DNA from: Spirochaetia bacterium
GTDB lineage: Bacteria; Spirochaetota; Spirochaetia; DSM-16054; Sediminispirochaetaceae
NCBI GenBank assembly: GCA_034520965.1
Contig: JAXHMY010000009.1
Coordinates: 96,001 to 160,000, forward strand
Direction of reading: 5' to 3'
Length of the DNA stretch: 64,000 nt
The notes below the pieces were generated by a model. It was not told where the DNA came from. It ran no database searches and worked only from the letters and a program-made list of their open reading frames with translations. Every line of letters starts with the position of its first letter. Positions within the stretch are counted from its first letter, which is position 1. Of the stretch, positions 42,560 through 53,025 are shown piece by piece. Made by a program: the position numbers and the translations under genes.

Positions 42560-42808
42560 ATGCTGTCGGTTAAGCAACTGAAAACACCCAGGTCTGATCC
42601 CTTCCACCAAGCCGCACTAATCCAGTGGCGGCTTTTACCCCAGGAAACCGGCTCTGCTGAAGCCTTCGCCGCTGCAGTCTCTATGCATGCCGATCAGGCG
42701 TGTGGCAACGAGCAGGTGAAACTACTAGTGTTTCCCGAACTTTCAGGGCTGGGGCTGCTTTTGGAAAAGCTTAATCCCGGCATCTGCACAGCCATATTCC
42801 GAGTTTAG
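42560..42808 (+). pseudogene. Carbon-nitrogen hydrolase N-terminal fragment
   Basis: AALIQ...LLVFPELSG, then homology ends. Confidence 0.45.
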
Positions 42809-43041
42809 CCGCCGACGAAGCTCGATGTAAGGAAAAATGGATTGATCTCGGGCCGTATTGGCACAGCTTGGACCAAAACCAAGATCAAATCCGGGAACGG
42901 GGTTAATGATCTAAAGCGGGTACTACACATAGTATGCGAGGGTTACCCGGTTTCTCCCTAAGGATTCTGCACATTACACTCCTATGGTTATTTCGAGCGC
43001 ATCTTGTATCGCTCCAGAGAAAGTTATAGACTCGCTAGGCC

Positions 43042-44488
43042 ATGAAAAAGATACAGTCCTCCGCTACCCTCAAAAGACTCCTGGTTATTGCCTTTCCTAT
43101 GGTTATCTCGCAGACCTCCGACACGATTATGCTCTTTGTGGACCGGTTTTTCCTCTCTCGGGTGGGGGAGGAATACCTGGCGGCCTCCATGAGCGGCGGT
43201 CTCTCCCAATTTATGCTGGGCTCTTTTTTTATAGGTACTATCGGCTATGTAACGGCGGTAGTGGCCCAGTACTATGGAGCCGGAAGGCATGAAAAATGTG
43301 CCGAAGCGACCTTTCAGGCCATTGTTCTCTCTTTTCTTAGTTATCCCCTTCTTCTGGCGCTTTCTCCGCTCATGCGGATTTTTTTCGCTTCCCTCGGGCA
43401 GACGGATTTACAGGTTGAGCTTGCGTATACCTATTTTCAAACACTTATTTTCGGCGTAATTTTTCTTATACTTCGCCATGCCCTGGCCGGTTTTTTTATC
43501 GGCATAGGAAGAACCACCGTGGTGATGATTGCCAACGCCGTAGGGATGTTTGTGAATATTCCCCTTAACTATGTATTGATCTACGGTAAGCTCGGTTTTC
43601 CCGCCCTCGGCCTTAGGGGTGCAGCTATTGGTACAGTTCTGGGAAATATGACTATCTTTATTATCCTGGCGGCCTTTTACCTTCGGGGCAGAAACCGGAC
43701 TGATTTTTCTACCCACACCGCTCTGTCTTTTCGTCCCAAAATACTCAAGACTCTATTAAAGTTCGGGGTTCCCGCAGGGCTTGGCGATGTTTCTCAACAT
43801 TGCAGCGTTTAACCTCTTTGTACAATCTATGCACTCCTACGGGACCAAGGTTGCGGCGGCGGTCACTATTGCCTTTAACTGGGATGTGGTGGCTTTTTTG
43901 CCGATGCTCGGGATGGGGCACGCCGTTACCGCTCTGGTGGGTCAAAATGTAGGTGCCGGGGATTACCTAGAGGCACGAAAGTCCGCCTTTATCGGCCTTA
44001 AGACCGCCTGGGTCTATTCTTTTTCCATAATGATACTCTTTATTGTAGCTGCCCGCCCCTTGGTGAGCGTGTTTATACCCGGCCTCGGGGGCGGAAGTAC
44101 CGAGGTAAGCAGCATGGCGGTTATCATGCTTCGCCTTGCCTCATTTTACGTGTTGGCGGACTCTGCGCAGATCGTCTTTACCGGTGCCCTGCGTGGTGCC
44201 GGAGATACCCGCTGGGTTATGTTCGTCTCGGTAGCCCTTCACTGGATGTTTGCCTGCGTGGCGCTCGTGCTTATAAGGATTCTCAAGGTAGACCCGGTTA
44301 TTGCATGGCTCGCTTTTATAGGTTTTATCATAGTGATAGGGACCAGCATGTTTCTCCGGTTCCTCGGAGGCAAGTGGAAGGATATTCAAATGATCGACGC
44401 GGAAGCCCCGGAATATCCCTACAGTTTAGGAACGTTTCCAGAAATTATCGCGGAAGAACCGGTAGAGCCTACATTGTCCGAGGACTAA
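43042..44488 (+). pseudogene. MATE family efflux transporter, frameshift near 43780
   Basis: AFPMVI...FVDRFFL, VAQYYGA, NIPLNYVLIYG.LGFPALGLRGAAIGT, GQNVGA, GALRGAGDT. Confidence 0.9.
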
Positions 44489-44638
44489 CCTGGTTGTATA
44501 TATTGCGATAGAAGTTCTTCGCTGATCTCCCAAAACCATCGCCACCTTTGACTGGGAGTACGCCCGGGAGGGGTTGTAGCTTCGGCTCTATTGTAGGTCC
44601 TCAAAATCAATACTGCCGCTTTCATGCACCATAGCTGT

Positions 44639-45160
44639 TTATTTAACCGGTTTGATTCTTACTGTATGTTTTTGCGGATCGTAGGCGGTAGGTACCAGCT
44701 GTATTTCAGCTCCCTCGTTTTCAGCACCAGTGCAGATCTGCTTTAGTGCCTCAAGCTCACGAAGTGCTGTTTCATGACTGTCTTCACCTAAACGGTACGG
44801 CAGATAATGTGAAAAGTCTTGAGTCAAATTTTCATATAAACCCTGCGCAGCGCTTCGTACTTTTTCTGCGCTGCTTAATCTACCGCTCATAAAAACACTC
44901 ATATCTTTCTCGGCATGTTTCCATATACAGTCATCATCAGCATCTTGAAGGGTTCCATTTTGAAGTCGCGTGGGCCGACCATCTCAAGTGCCTGCGGGTA
45001 CATTGCAAGTACTAAAGGGCCGTCCAGATTAGAAAGATGATTCGGCAAAACCAATAGAGGCCCTTTTTCAGGGATATTTTCAATTCCTTCCACAGTTGTG
45101 CTGGTAAGCAGAGAATAGAATGTGTTCAGAAATACTCGACTAAAGTTTCTTCGTTTCTTG
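44639..45160 (-). pseudogene. PlsC-like acyltransferase remnant
   Basis: EGIENIPEKGPLLVLPNHLSNLD (HxxxxD), then internal deletion. Confidence 0.6.
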
Positions 45161-45396
45161 AGAAAAGTAACACTACTTTATTAAAATATTGTAAGTATTT
45201 CACTAAAATACTGTTTGAAGTAATGAATGTAATCATTCAAATGTGTGCGATGTTTTGCTTTCAGAGGGACTTTATGTTATTAGCCCATTATATTGCCTTC
45301 CGGTCTACGGTAACTTTACACACCGCTGATAAGAACCGCGGAATCAGTGTTAGGAAATGTATACATGATTTGATTTCCTGTTCATTTGGTATATTA

Positions 45397-45738
45397 TCAT
45401 TCTGCGTGAATCCTGTGAATCATGAATTCCTTCCCGGTGATGATGCGGAAGTTTGCACTTCCGCATCTGGGGCAGAGATTGTCGTTCTCGACGAGGTTAT
45501 AGTTGAAGTTGCACCCTTCGCACTGTCCAATACCCGGTGTGATCTCCAGTTCGAGATTAGTGTCTTCGAGACGGGATTTTTCAACTGCGATGGGATACAC
45601 ATCTTCCAGGTATTTCGGAACTACGCCCGAGAGCTCCCCGACCTGGAGGACAAGTGTATCGATTCTGCGGATGTTGTTTTCATCCATAAAATCCTCCATC
45701 TGTTTGACGATCTGGATGACGATGCCGAGCTCATGCAT
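45397..45738 (-). CDS. hypA: Nickel metallochaperone HypA
   Basis: N-terminal MHE, VGELSGVVP, CEGC and CPRC, GKEF. Confidence 0.92.
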   Translation of the reverse strand: MHELGIVIQIVKQMEDFMDENNIRRIDTLVLQVGELSGVVPKYLEDVYPIAVEKSRLEDTNLELEITPGIGQCEGCNFNYNLVENDNLCPRCGSANFRIITGKEFMIHRIHAE

Positions 45739-48430
45739 ATTTATTCCCGCTTTTGAAAGTGCCGGTGAGCTTGCGGGCGGTAATGCGCACTTTACGTTTG
45801 AGCGCATGCTTGATAACTTCCTTCTTGAGGTCGGGGAAGTCGACCCCGGTCTCGTTACGGGTTTTTACAAGGCTAATCGCATCGAACTCGCAGCGTGTGG
45901 TACAGGCACCGCAGCCGACACACATGAATTCATCGACGATCGAGACGCCGCAATTCAAACAGCGCTCCGATTCATGTCTGAGCTGTTCCTCAGTGAGTGT
46001 TCCTGCGATCTCATCAAAATCGTTCTTGAAATTTTCCACGGGTCGGGTGTAGACGCGCTCCCTTGAAACGTTGTCGTAGCTTGTAAAATCGACAAGAGTC
46101 TTGTCGAGGGCTTTGTAGTTATTACGTTTGCGTCCGTACACAAGGGACTGACCGCGTTGAACATAGCGATGCAGTGAGATTGCGGCTTCTTTGCCGAGGG
46201 CAATTGCGTCAATGGCGAACTTCGGACCGGTAACCGCATCGCCGCCGGCGAAGATGTCGGGGTCGGTGGACTGAAGCGTAATTTCATCGACCTTGAGGGT
46301 TTTGTTGCGGTTGAGTTCGGCGCTGCTTCCTTTGAGCAGATGGTCCCATTGGATGACCTGGCCGATGGCAACGAGCACCTGGTCGGCGGGAAGGGTGATT
46401 CTGTCGTTCTCATCAAAAGCCGGGGAAAATGCGCCGTCCGCATTGAACACTTGCGTGCAGCGTTTGAATTCAACGGCGGTCACTTTGCCGTCTTGGACGA
46501 TGAAGCGGGCGGGTCCGTACCCGTTCTTAATCTCGACCTTCTCTGCTAACGCTTCGTGGACCTCATCGGCGAGGGCCGGCATTCCCTCTCTGGTTTCAAG
46601 GGTAACCATTGTGGTTTTCTGTGCGCCCTTGCGCACGGCGGTTCTCGCAACGTCAATGGCAACGTTTCCGCCGCCGATAACTATGGTTTCGCCGTTATGG
46701 TCTGCTTCCTTGCCGAGGGCGACATTTTTGAGGTAATCGACACCGGTCTCGACGTTTTTTGCATCTTCTCCTTCGAGTCCGAGTGCCCGGCCGCCCTGGG
46801 CCCCAATGGCAATAAAAACTGCGTTGTAGCCGTCTGCTTTCATTTCCGGGATGGTTATATCCCTGCCAACTTCAACTCCGGTTTTGAATTTCACACCGAG
46901 TTCCTTGAGCACATCGATCTCGGCATTGATGACATCCTTGTTCAATCGGAAGGCCGGAATGCCCAGGTTGAGCATGCCGCCGAGGGTTTTCTCTTTTTCA
47001 AAAACCGTGACGCTGTAGCCCTCTATGGCCAGATAATAGGCACAGGAGAGGCCTGCCGGGCCGGCACCGATAACAGCAATATGCTTGTCGGTGTAGTTAT
47101 GCTTGATCTCTGGTATGTAGCGCTCGTCTTCATTCAAATCTTTCTCGGCCACGAACTTCTTGATATCGTCGATGGCCACGGCTTCATCAAAATCCCCGCG
47201 CGTACATCCGGCCTCACAGAGTGCGGGACAGATACGTCCGCAAACCGCGGGGAAGGGGTTGTCTTTTTTGATGATTTTGAGCGCTTCTTTGTATTTGCCT
47301 TCGCCCGCGAGTTTGATATAGGCGGGTATGGAAATGTGAGACGGACACTCTGTTTTACACGGAGCAGTTCCTGTATCGAGCCCTTCGCTTCTGTTTATCC
47401 GGTAATCGAAATTCCACTTTTCCGTGCCCCATTCCGAGTTGAAGGGGACATCCTTGCGGAATTTGATCTGCGACTCGATGGAACGGCAGAGCCTTTCCCC
47501 GAGCTGAAGAGCTCCGGTGGCGCAGACATCGACACATTCGCCGCAGCCGACACATTTGTCCTTGTCTACCTGGGCTGTATAGTTAGAGCGCACCATATCA
47601 GGGTTGTTGTACATAGTCGCTGAACGAAGTGCATAGCATGAGCAGTAGCAGCAGTTGCAGATAGCGTGAGTGTGTCCCTCGCCCTCGACATTCGGAATCT
47701 GATGCATGAGCCCGTCCTTCTCAGCCCGGGCGATAATTTCGGAGGCCTCTTCCTTTGAGATCTCCCGGCCGCGCCCGGTGCGGATGTAGTATTCCGCCGC
47801 ATCATCGAGCTGGATGCACATATCTTCTTTCAAGTGCCCGCAGCCTTCGCCCATTTCTTCGCGGGAGGTTCGGCATGAACAGTCGGAGACAGAGATAACC
47901 CGGGCCTTGTTCAGGTATCTTGAGATCTCTTCTGACTCGGCAACCCGTGATGTCCCATCGAGGGAGGATTCAATCGGGATGACGCGCATAAGGCCCTTCC
48001 CTACGGGGATGTTTCCAGCGGCAACGGGGTTTCTGAGCCGACCGTAATCATCGAACGCCTTGGCTATCTGGGGATATTTTTTTACATTTTCTCGGTTGTT
48101 GACAACCATCTCGAAAATGCCCGGCACCCAGGTTTCGTGCCAGAACATGTCTACGCCCTCTTTATTGTTCACGGTCGCAACCCCGGCTTCTGCGAGGTCC
48201 CAGAGGATCTTGTGTGTCTTTTCTACGGGTTTATCGGCGCGCTTTGCAACTTCTTCGACGGTCATACGGACGCGGAACTCCAGGGCGAGGGCGACTTCGG
48301 CCATCTCTTCAGTGACCACCTTCTCGAGCAGGAGATAGCGCGGGTCATCGTAGGAGAAACCCTTCTTTGAACCGAATTTTACATTCGATATTTTGTGACA
48401 AAACTTCAATAGCTTTTCGTTTTCAATCAT
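45731..48430 (-). CDS. 899-aa Fe-S flavoprotein: Cys-rich N-terminal domain + ferredoxin + GltD-like FAD/NAD(P) core + ferredoxin
   Basis: CSCR, CGH...MC, HTHAICNCCYCSC, CVGCGECVDVC, APCKTECP, CGRICPALCEAGC, GAGPAG, GGGNVA, RCLNC, CVGCGACTTRC. Confidence 0.9.
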   Translation of the reverse strand: MIENEKLLKFCHKISNVKFGSKKGFSYDDPRYLLLEKVVTEEMAEVALALEFRVRMTVEEVAKRADKPVEKTHKILWDLAEAGVATVNNKEGVDMFWHETWVPGIFEMVVNNRENVKKYPQIAKAFDDYGRLRNPVAAGNIPVGKGLMRVIPIESSLDGTSRVAESEEISRYLNKARVISVSDCSCRTSREEMGEGCGHLKEDMCIQLDDAAEYYIRTGRGREISKEEASEIIARAEKDGLMHQIPNVEGEGHTHAICNCCYCSCYALRSATMYNNPDMVRSNYTAQVDKDKCVGCGECVDVCATGALQLGERLCRSIESQIKFRKDVPFNSEWGTEKWNFDYRINRSEGLDTGTAPCKTECPSHISIPAYIKLAGEGKYKEALKIIKKDNPFPAVCGRICPALCEAGCTRGDFDEAVAIDDIKKFVAEKDLNEDERYIPEIKHNYTDKHIAVIGAGPAGLSCAYYLAIEGYSVTVFEKEKTLGGMLNLGIPAFRLNKDVINAEIDVLKELGVKFKTGVEVGRDITIPEMKADGYNAVFIAIGAQGGRALGLEGEDAKNVETGVDYLKNVALGKEADHNGETIVIGGGNVAIDVARTAVRKGAQKTTMVTLETREGMPALADEVHEALAEKVEIKNGYGPARFIVQDGKVTAVEFKRCTQVFNADGAFSPAFDENDRITLPADQVLVAIGQVIQWDHLLKGSSAELNRNKTLKVDEITLQSTDPDIFAGGDAVTGPKFAIDAIALGKEAAISLHRYVQRGQSLVYGRKRNNYKALDKTLVDFTSYDNVSRERVYTRPVENFKNDFDEIAGTLTEEQLRHESERCLNCGVSIVDEFMCVGCGACTTRCEFDAISLVKTRNETGVDFPDLKKEVIKHALKRKVRITARKLTGTFKSGNKYA

Positions 48431-49101
48431 TACTGTGTACTCCGTTCCTGTATTTTTTTAAGCAGATAGTCGCACCATGCGTCCATACCGTCTCCGGTTT
48501 TTGCAGAGATGGGGAAAATCTTGATGTCGGGGTTTAGTTTTTTAACGCTTTCTTCCAAAGCCTCAAAATCGAAATCGAAGATGGATAGGGCGTCGGTCTT
48601 GCTGATGATAAGTACGTCGACTGCTGTGAACATCTTCGGGTATTTGAGCGGTTTGTCCGAGCCTTCGGGGACAGAGAGGATCATGCAGTTCAAATTCTGC
48701 CCGAGGTCATAGCTTGCAGGGCAGATAAGGTTACCGATGTTCTCGACAACCACGAAGTCCAGCGCCTGGGATTTTATATCGTCAAGGCCTTGTCGCACCA
48801 TCGCCGCATCGAGATGACACATGCCGCCGTTGTGAATCTGGATGACGTCGACACCGGTCTTCTGGATGGTCTTTGCATCGACATCGCTGTCGATGTCGGC
48901 TTCGATGATGCCGATATCAACGTGCTCCTTGATTCTGCTGAGCGTCGAGACCAGCATAGTTGTTTTTCCGGAACCGGGACTGCTCATAAGGTTCATCATA
49001 AAAGTGTCCGTTTGCTTGAGCAGGTCTCTGTTCTCTCCCGCTTCCTTGTCATTGTTCGCATATACGCTTTTTTTTACTTCTATTATTCTTAGTTCATCCA
49101 T
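48430..49101 (-). CDS. hypB: Nickel-insertion GTPase HypB
   Basis: SSPGSGKT, CHLDA, ENIGNLICPA, EGSDKPLKYP, ISAKTG.G. Confidence 0.95.
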   Translation of the reverse strand: MDELRIIEVKKSVYANNDKEAGENRDLLKQTDTFMMNLMSSPGSGKTTMLVSTLSRIKEHVDIGIIEADIDSDVDAKTIQKTGVDVIQIHNGGMCHLDAAMVRQGLDDIKSQALDFVVVENIGNLICPASYDLGQNLNCMILSVPEGSDKPLKYPKMFTAVDVLIISKTDALSIFDFDFEALEESVKKLNPDIKIFPISAKTGDGMDAWCDYLLKKIQERSTQ

Positions 49102-49115
49102 AATACATTCTCCTT

Positions 49116-49943
49116 TTAGTTTCCGTATGCCCTCGCAGAGTATTTCATTACATAGTCCTTGTTTCTATACTTCATAAACCAATAGCCTACATAAAAGATG
49201 TGGAGCCCCAGATTCAGCATGCCCCATGCCGTATGTACCTGGGGGTTGAACCAGGCGCTCGAATCCATAACCGGTGTAAAGATGTCATAGGATGAGCGGA
49301 TGAGGATGTGGATTCCCAGTGTGTAGATACGCCCCATCAGCCAAAGGTCTGAACGCTTCTTAATAAGCATCCAAAGCAACGGCACGGTGAGAATACATAT
49401 GCTCGAGGCAAAGTATGAAGGGTTCTCGCCATACACAAACGCCGCATTCCAGACAGTGTAGAGCAGGCACCAGGCGATCGGCAGGTCAGCGATTAGTTCT
49501 CCGAAATGCCTATGGCCGTCATACTTGGCGATTCGCCAATGCGTGCTGGGAAGCGGAATCGTAATGATTAGGATCACTCCGCAGAGGGCGTTGAATGGAT
49601 TGCCCATCTGGAAATCGGTAATGGTAGCTTCCAGAATATTGAGGGCTAACACTCCAAACAGTATCCATAGCGGCCATTGTTTCTTCAATGCCGGATATCG
49701 ATTCTGGTGTCTGCCGTTATTGGCCATCCGGATGTAGGACACAAAACAAAGCGGAATCAAAACGCTCAGGGTCTTCGACCAGCGGAAAAAACCCTCGAGG
49801 TTCAAAAACCATAGTGGAAATGTGAGCAAAGCGAGGATGAAGAACCATTTATAGAAGGATTCCTTCTCACGGGTGTATTCCAGAAATAGAAACAGGAAAA
49901 GCGTATACGTTCCCATCGAAACGATAAAGCTGAGTGCTTCCAC
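49116..49943 (-). CDS. DUF5692-like multi-pass membrane protein
   Basis: F.W.K..SV, L.LNILEA...D, NAL.G, Y..WN..F.Y, W...R.YTL pattern; AGGAGG RBS. Family name recalled, not searched. Confidence 0.65.
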   Translation of the reverse strand: MEALSFIVSMGTYTLFLFLFLEYTREKESFYKWFFILALLTFPLWFLNLEGFFRWSKTLSVLIPLCFVSYIRMANNGRHQNRYPALKKQWPLWILFGVLALNILEATITDFQMGNPFNALCGVILIITIPLPSTHWRIAKYDGHRHFGELIADLPIAWCLLYTVWNAAFVYGENPSYFASSICILTVPLLWMLIKKRSDLWLMGRIYTLGIHILIRSSYDIFTPVMDSSAWFNPQVHTAWGMLNLGLHIFYVGYWFMKYRNKDYVMKYSARAYGN

Positions 49944-50077
49944 GGTACAACCTCCTAAAGTCGCTAATTTAAAAGTAAAATTAGCTCAAATAGATTTATT
50001 AGATTTATATTTAGCATTATACTCAAAAATAGCCGGAAGGGGTATTGAATTTCGAAGATCTTCACAGCAAGAAAAAC

Positions 50078-50121
50078 AAAAAATAGTCTGTATGTAGACT
50101 TATATAGCAATAAAAGCCTAA
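50078..50121. promoter_or_regulatory. Upstream motif TATAGCAATAAAAGCcTAA, copy 1
   Basis: 18/19 identity with 54228-54246; shared AAAAAATAG and TGTAT to the left. Confidence 0.6.
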
Positions 50122-50159
50122 TTTTATGGAGTTTTGTGTAAGCCTGTGATACACTAGGT

Positions 50160-51134
50160 GTGGTGATGCTTATGAAAACAGAATGCCAGGACATATTCCA
50201 ATCATATAACCTGCCCTTTAAGACCTTTTTCGTCGAGTGCGTCAATCATGAAAAAACCGTGCATCCAGATATCGAACTCATATGGGTGCTCAAGGGAACC
50301 GCCGTGATCGAAACGGAAAAACAGACCTTCAAGCTCCTGCCCGAGACAGTATTCATGGTTTACATGAATGAACCCCATGCCATCTGTGCGGAGAAGGACA
50401 CATTGATTGTCTCATATCGCCTGGATAATGCTTATCTTCATGACCGGGGACTTTTTTTTGAGAAAATACCCTTTAGGCAACGGGTGTTCTCCTTTGAATA
50501 TCTTGCCAAAAAATATAGGCAGGTGCCGCTCCTGCTGTTGCAGCTGCTTAAGTTATTGCTGTCGGAAGAACCGCGTGAGATTATCTATCACAAGATCAAG
50601 GCCTATTACAATTTCTATATCTTCGAGCTCTACGCTATCCTTTCTAAAGAGCGGTTCCTCGATGTAAAGACCATCAATTACGATGTGTATCTCCACCGTA
50701 CGAACATGATCGTCGAATACATTCATGACCATTGCACAGAAAAGGTGACGTTAGAGGATCTCGCCCGCCTCACGGACCTGTCGACATTCCGGGTGTCCCA
50801 TTTTATTAAGGAAGCTCTCGGCGTCTCATTCAAGAATTTTCTGAACAACGTCCGTTTTGAAAGGGCTCTCGAGCTTCTAAACGATTCCTCCGATAGTATC
50901 GTCGAAATCGCAAAAGAGGCCGGCTTCAGCGACTATAAACATTTCAACAGGATTATGAAGGAGCGCTTTGGAAAAACGCCCCTTAAGTTCAAAAAAGAAA
51001 ACACACCTCATGCGAGCAGGAAAGTTCTTCCTATCGAAAATTACAGCTTTATCCTCGAAATCAAGCAATGTCTCAAGAACCTTGAACAGGATTCGAGATT
51101 CCAAGAGCTTTTCAAGTTTGGAAATTTTAACTGA
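50160..51134 (+). CDS. AraC family regulator
   Basis: H.DIELIWVLKG cupin; YIHDH...VTLEDLA, IVEIAKEAGFSD..HFNR..K...G.TP. Confidence 0.92.
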   Translation: MVMLMKTECQDIFQSYNLPFKTFFVECVNHEKTVHPDIELIWVLKGTAVIETEKQTFKLLPETVFMVYMNEPHAICAEKDTLIVSYRLDNAYLHDRGLFFEKIPFRQRVFSFEYLAKKYRQVPLLLLQLLKLLLSEEPREIIYHKIKAYYNFYIFELYAILSKERFLDVKTINYDVYLHRTNMIVEYIHDHCTEKVTLEDLARLTDLSTFRVSHFIKEALGVSFKNFLNNVRFERALELLNDSSDSIVEIAKEAGFSDYKHFNRIMKERFGKTPLKFKKENTPHASRKVLPIENYSFILEIKQCLKNLEQDSRFQELFKFGNFN

Positions 51135-51166
51135 CTTTTTTTATACCTTCCATAAGTTTCAAGGGA

Positions 51167-52262
51167 CTACAAATCGAGCTCTAATGATTGGTACCCGCCA
51201 TAGTAGGCTTCGGCTAACGATTCGTATACATCGAAATTAAGAAAGAACCGGCTAATCTCATTAGTTTTCTCAGCCGGTTTGATATCCGTAAACGCTTCGG
51301 GATACAGCATAGTCCCGAGATAATAGGCGTTCGCAAGGGCGATCTCGATGTTCGTGGAATAATAATTGTAAGGCATCTGCATGAATACATCGCCCTTATT
51401 GAAGGCTTGCAGACTGTCATAGTATTCCGGCATTGCCTGTATATCCCGCATCAAAAGCTCATAGCCGTTTGCATCGATTACAATGATTTCAGGATCCCAC
51501 ATGAGCAGTTGTTCCTTATTGATGAAGACATACTTTCTTGATTCCTGCGAGGGAGACGACATTTTCCGCATTGATATAGTTGAGAAGGTCATAGTCGCCC
51601 GAAGTGCTTCGGATGCCCTGCACCCCGCTTCTTGGCAGACAACCCAGATAGACGGCTTTGGGGTTTTCAATGCTGGAAGTACGTTCGATAAGGTCAGCTT
51701 TTGTATTTTCAATATAGGTAATGACGGCCGCGGCCCTGGCTTTGTTGCCGGTAACTGCTCCGATTATTCTGAGGGACGCATACATTCTTTCATTGAATAC
51801 ACTGCCGTGGGCGGTGTCGCGGGTAATGGTTACCACCGGAATCCCCGTATTGGCCTGAAGGCGTTCGATTGCCCTGCGTTCATAATGATCGCTCACGATG
51901 ATTACATCCGGATCAGCATTCAGGACCCCTTCGGCGTCGAAGGATGCCTGTGGTCCGCCAGGTCCTACATCGGGAAGTCTGTCGAACCTTTCTTCATAAA
52001 GCTGAGCATAGGGCCGTCCGGCGGTGTTTTTGTTTTTTTCAAAAGTCTCGATTCCAACGATTTTATCGGGTTCTCCTATATAGGTATAAAGCCTGAGGGC
52101 GCCCGGCCCTATCGCTATGAAACGGTTGGATTTGGAAGGGACCGAGACTTCACGTTCGTACACATCCAGTACTGTGATGGAAGCTGCGTCTGCGATGGCC
52201 GCACCGCAGCTCCACAGTAAAAAAACGAAGGCGTATGTTGAAAGTAAAAAAAAGTTCTTCAT
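51167..52262 (-). pseudogene. Metal-chelate (FecB/BtuF-type) ABC substrate-binding lipoprotein, frameshift near 51530
   Basis: LLWSC lipobox, GPGALRL, RPY, EQLL.WDPEIIVID, PYNYYSTN, G..LYPE.F.D. Confidence 0.85.
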
Positions 52263-52278
52263 AGTGTGATCTCCTGTT

Positions 52279-53025
52279 CTAGTAAATAACATTTTTCATG
52301 CCCTTGTGGTGCAGGATTTCAGCGTGAACACCATACACGGTCTCTATCATATCGCTTGTTATGATATGCTCTTCTCCAAAGCCATACACCCGACTATCTT
52401 TCATGAAGAGATACTTGTTGGAGAAGCGCATGGCGAGATTGACGTCATGCATGCAGACGATAAGGGTTCGATTTTCAGTTTCGGAGAGGTCCTTGATGCA
52501 GTGTGCTATTTCTAGCTGATTTTTCATGTCCAGATTGCTGGTGGGTTCATCCATCAGGATGATCGGGGTCTCCTGGGTGAGCGCCCGGGTAATGAACACT
52601 TTTTGCCTTTCGCCTCCGCTGAGACGGCTAATGGGTGTCAGCGCTTTGTCTGAAAGGCCGAATTTTTCTATGTAGGCTTCAGTTATTCTGAGGTCTTCCT
52701 TTGTGACGTCGTAACGGATGTGGGGTCTTCTTCCAAGAAGAACAGTATCGAATACGGTGGCGTCCGTGAAAGACCCCTCCTGCGAGACATAACTCACCTG
52801 CCTTGCAAGTTCGTCGCTTGAATACTCATGCAGCGGTTTTCCATTCAAGTGAATTGCCGAATTTGTCTTAAGAATTCCGAGCAGACATTTGAGTAAGGTC
52901 GATTTGCCCACCCCGTTCTCTCCGAGTAGTGTGACACAATCGCCCTTTTCCACTTTGAAGGAGATGGCATCGAGCACTGTATTTGAGCCGTATTTGAAAG
53001 TCAGATTATTTACTTCAATGGGCAT
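52279..53025 (-). CDS. Metal-chelate ABC ATPase
   Basis: GENGVGKST, LSGGERQKV, DEPTSNLD, HDVNLA. Confidence 0.92.
   Translation of the reverse strand: MPIEVNNLTFKYGSNTVLDAISFKVEKGDCVTLLGENGVGKSTLLKCLLGILKTNSAIHLNGKPLHEYSSDELARQVSYVSQEGSFTDATVFDTVLLGRRPHIRYDVTKEDLRITEAYIEKFGLSDKALTPISRLSGGERQKVFITRALTQETPIILMDEPTSNLDMKNQLEIAHCIKDLSETENRTLIVCMHDVNLAMRFSNKYLFMKDSRVYGFGEEHIITSDMIETVYGVHAEILHHKGMKNVIY

Noticed and set aside
45397..49101. Hydrogenase operon or glutamate synthase gltD
   Set aside because: No [NiFe] subunits or hypCDEF, no H-cluster motifs, no gltB; the protein is much longer than GltD
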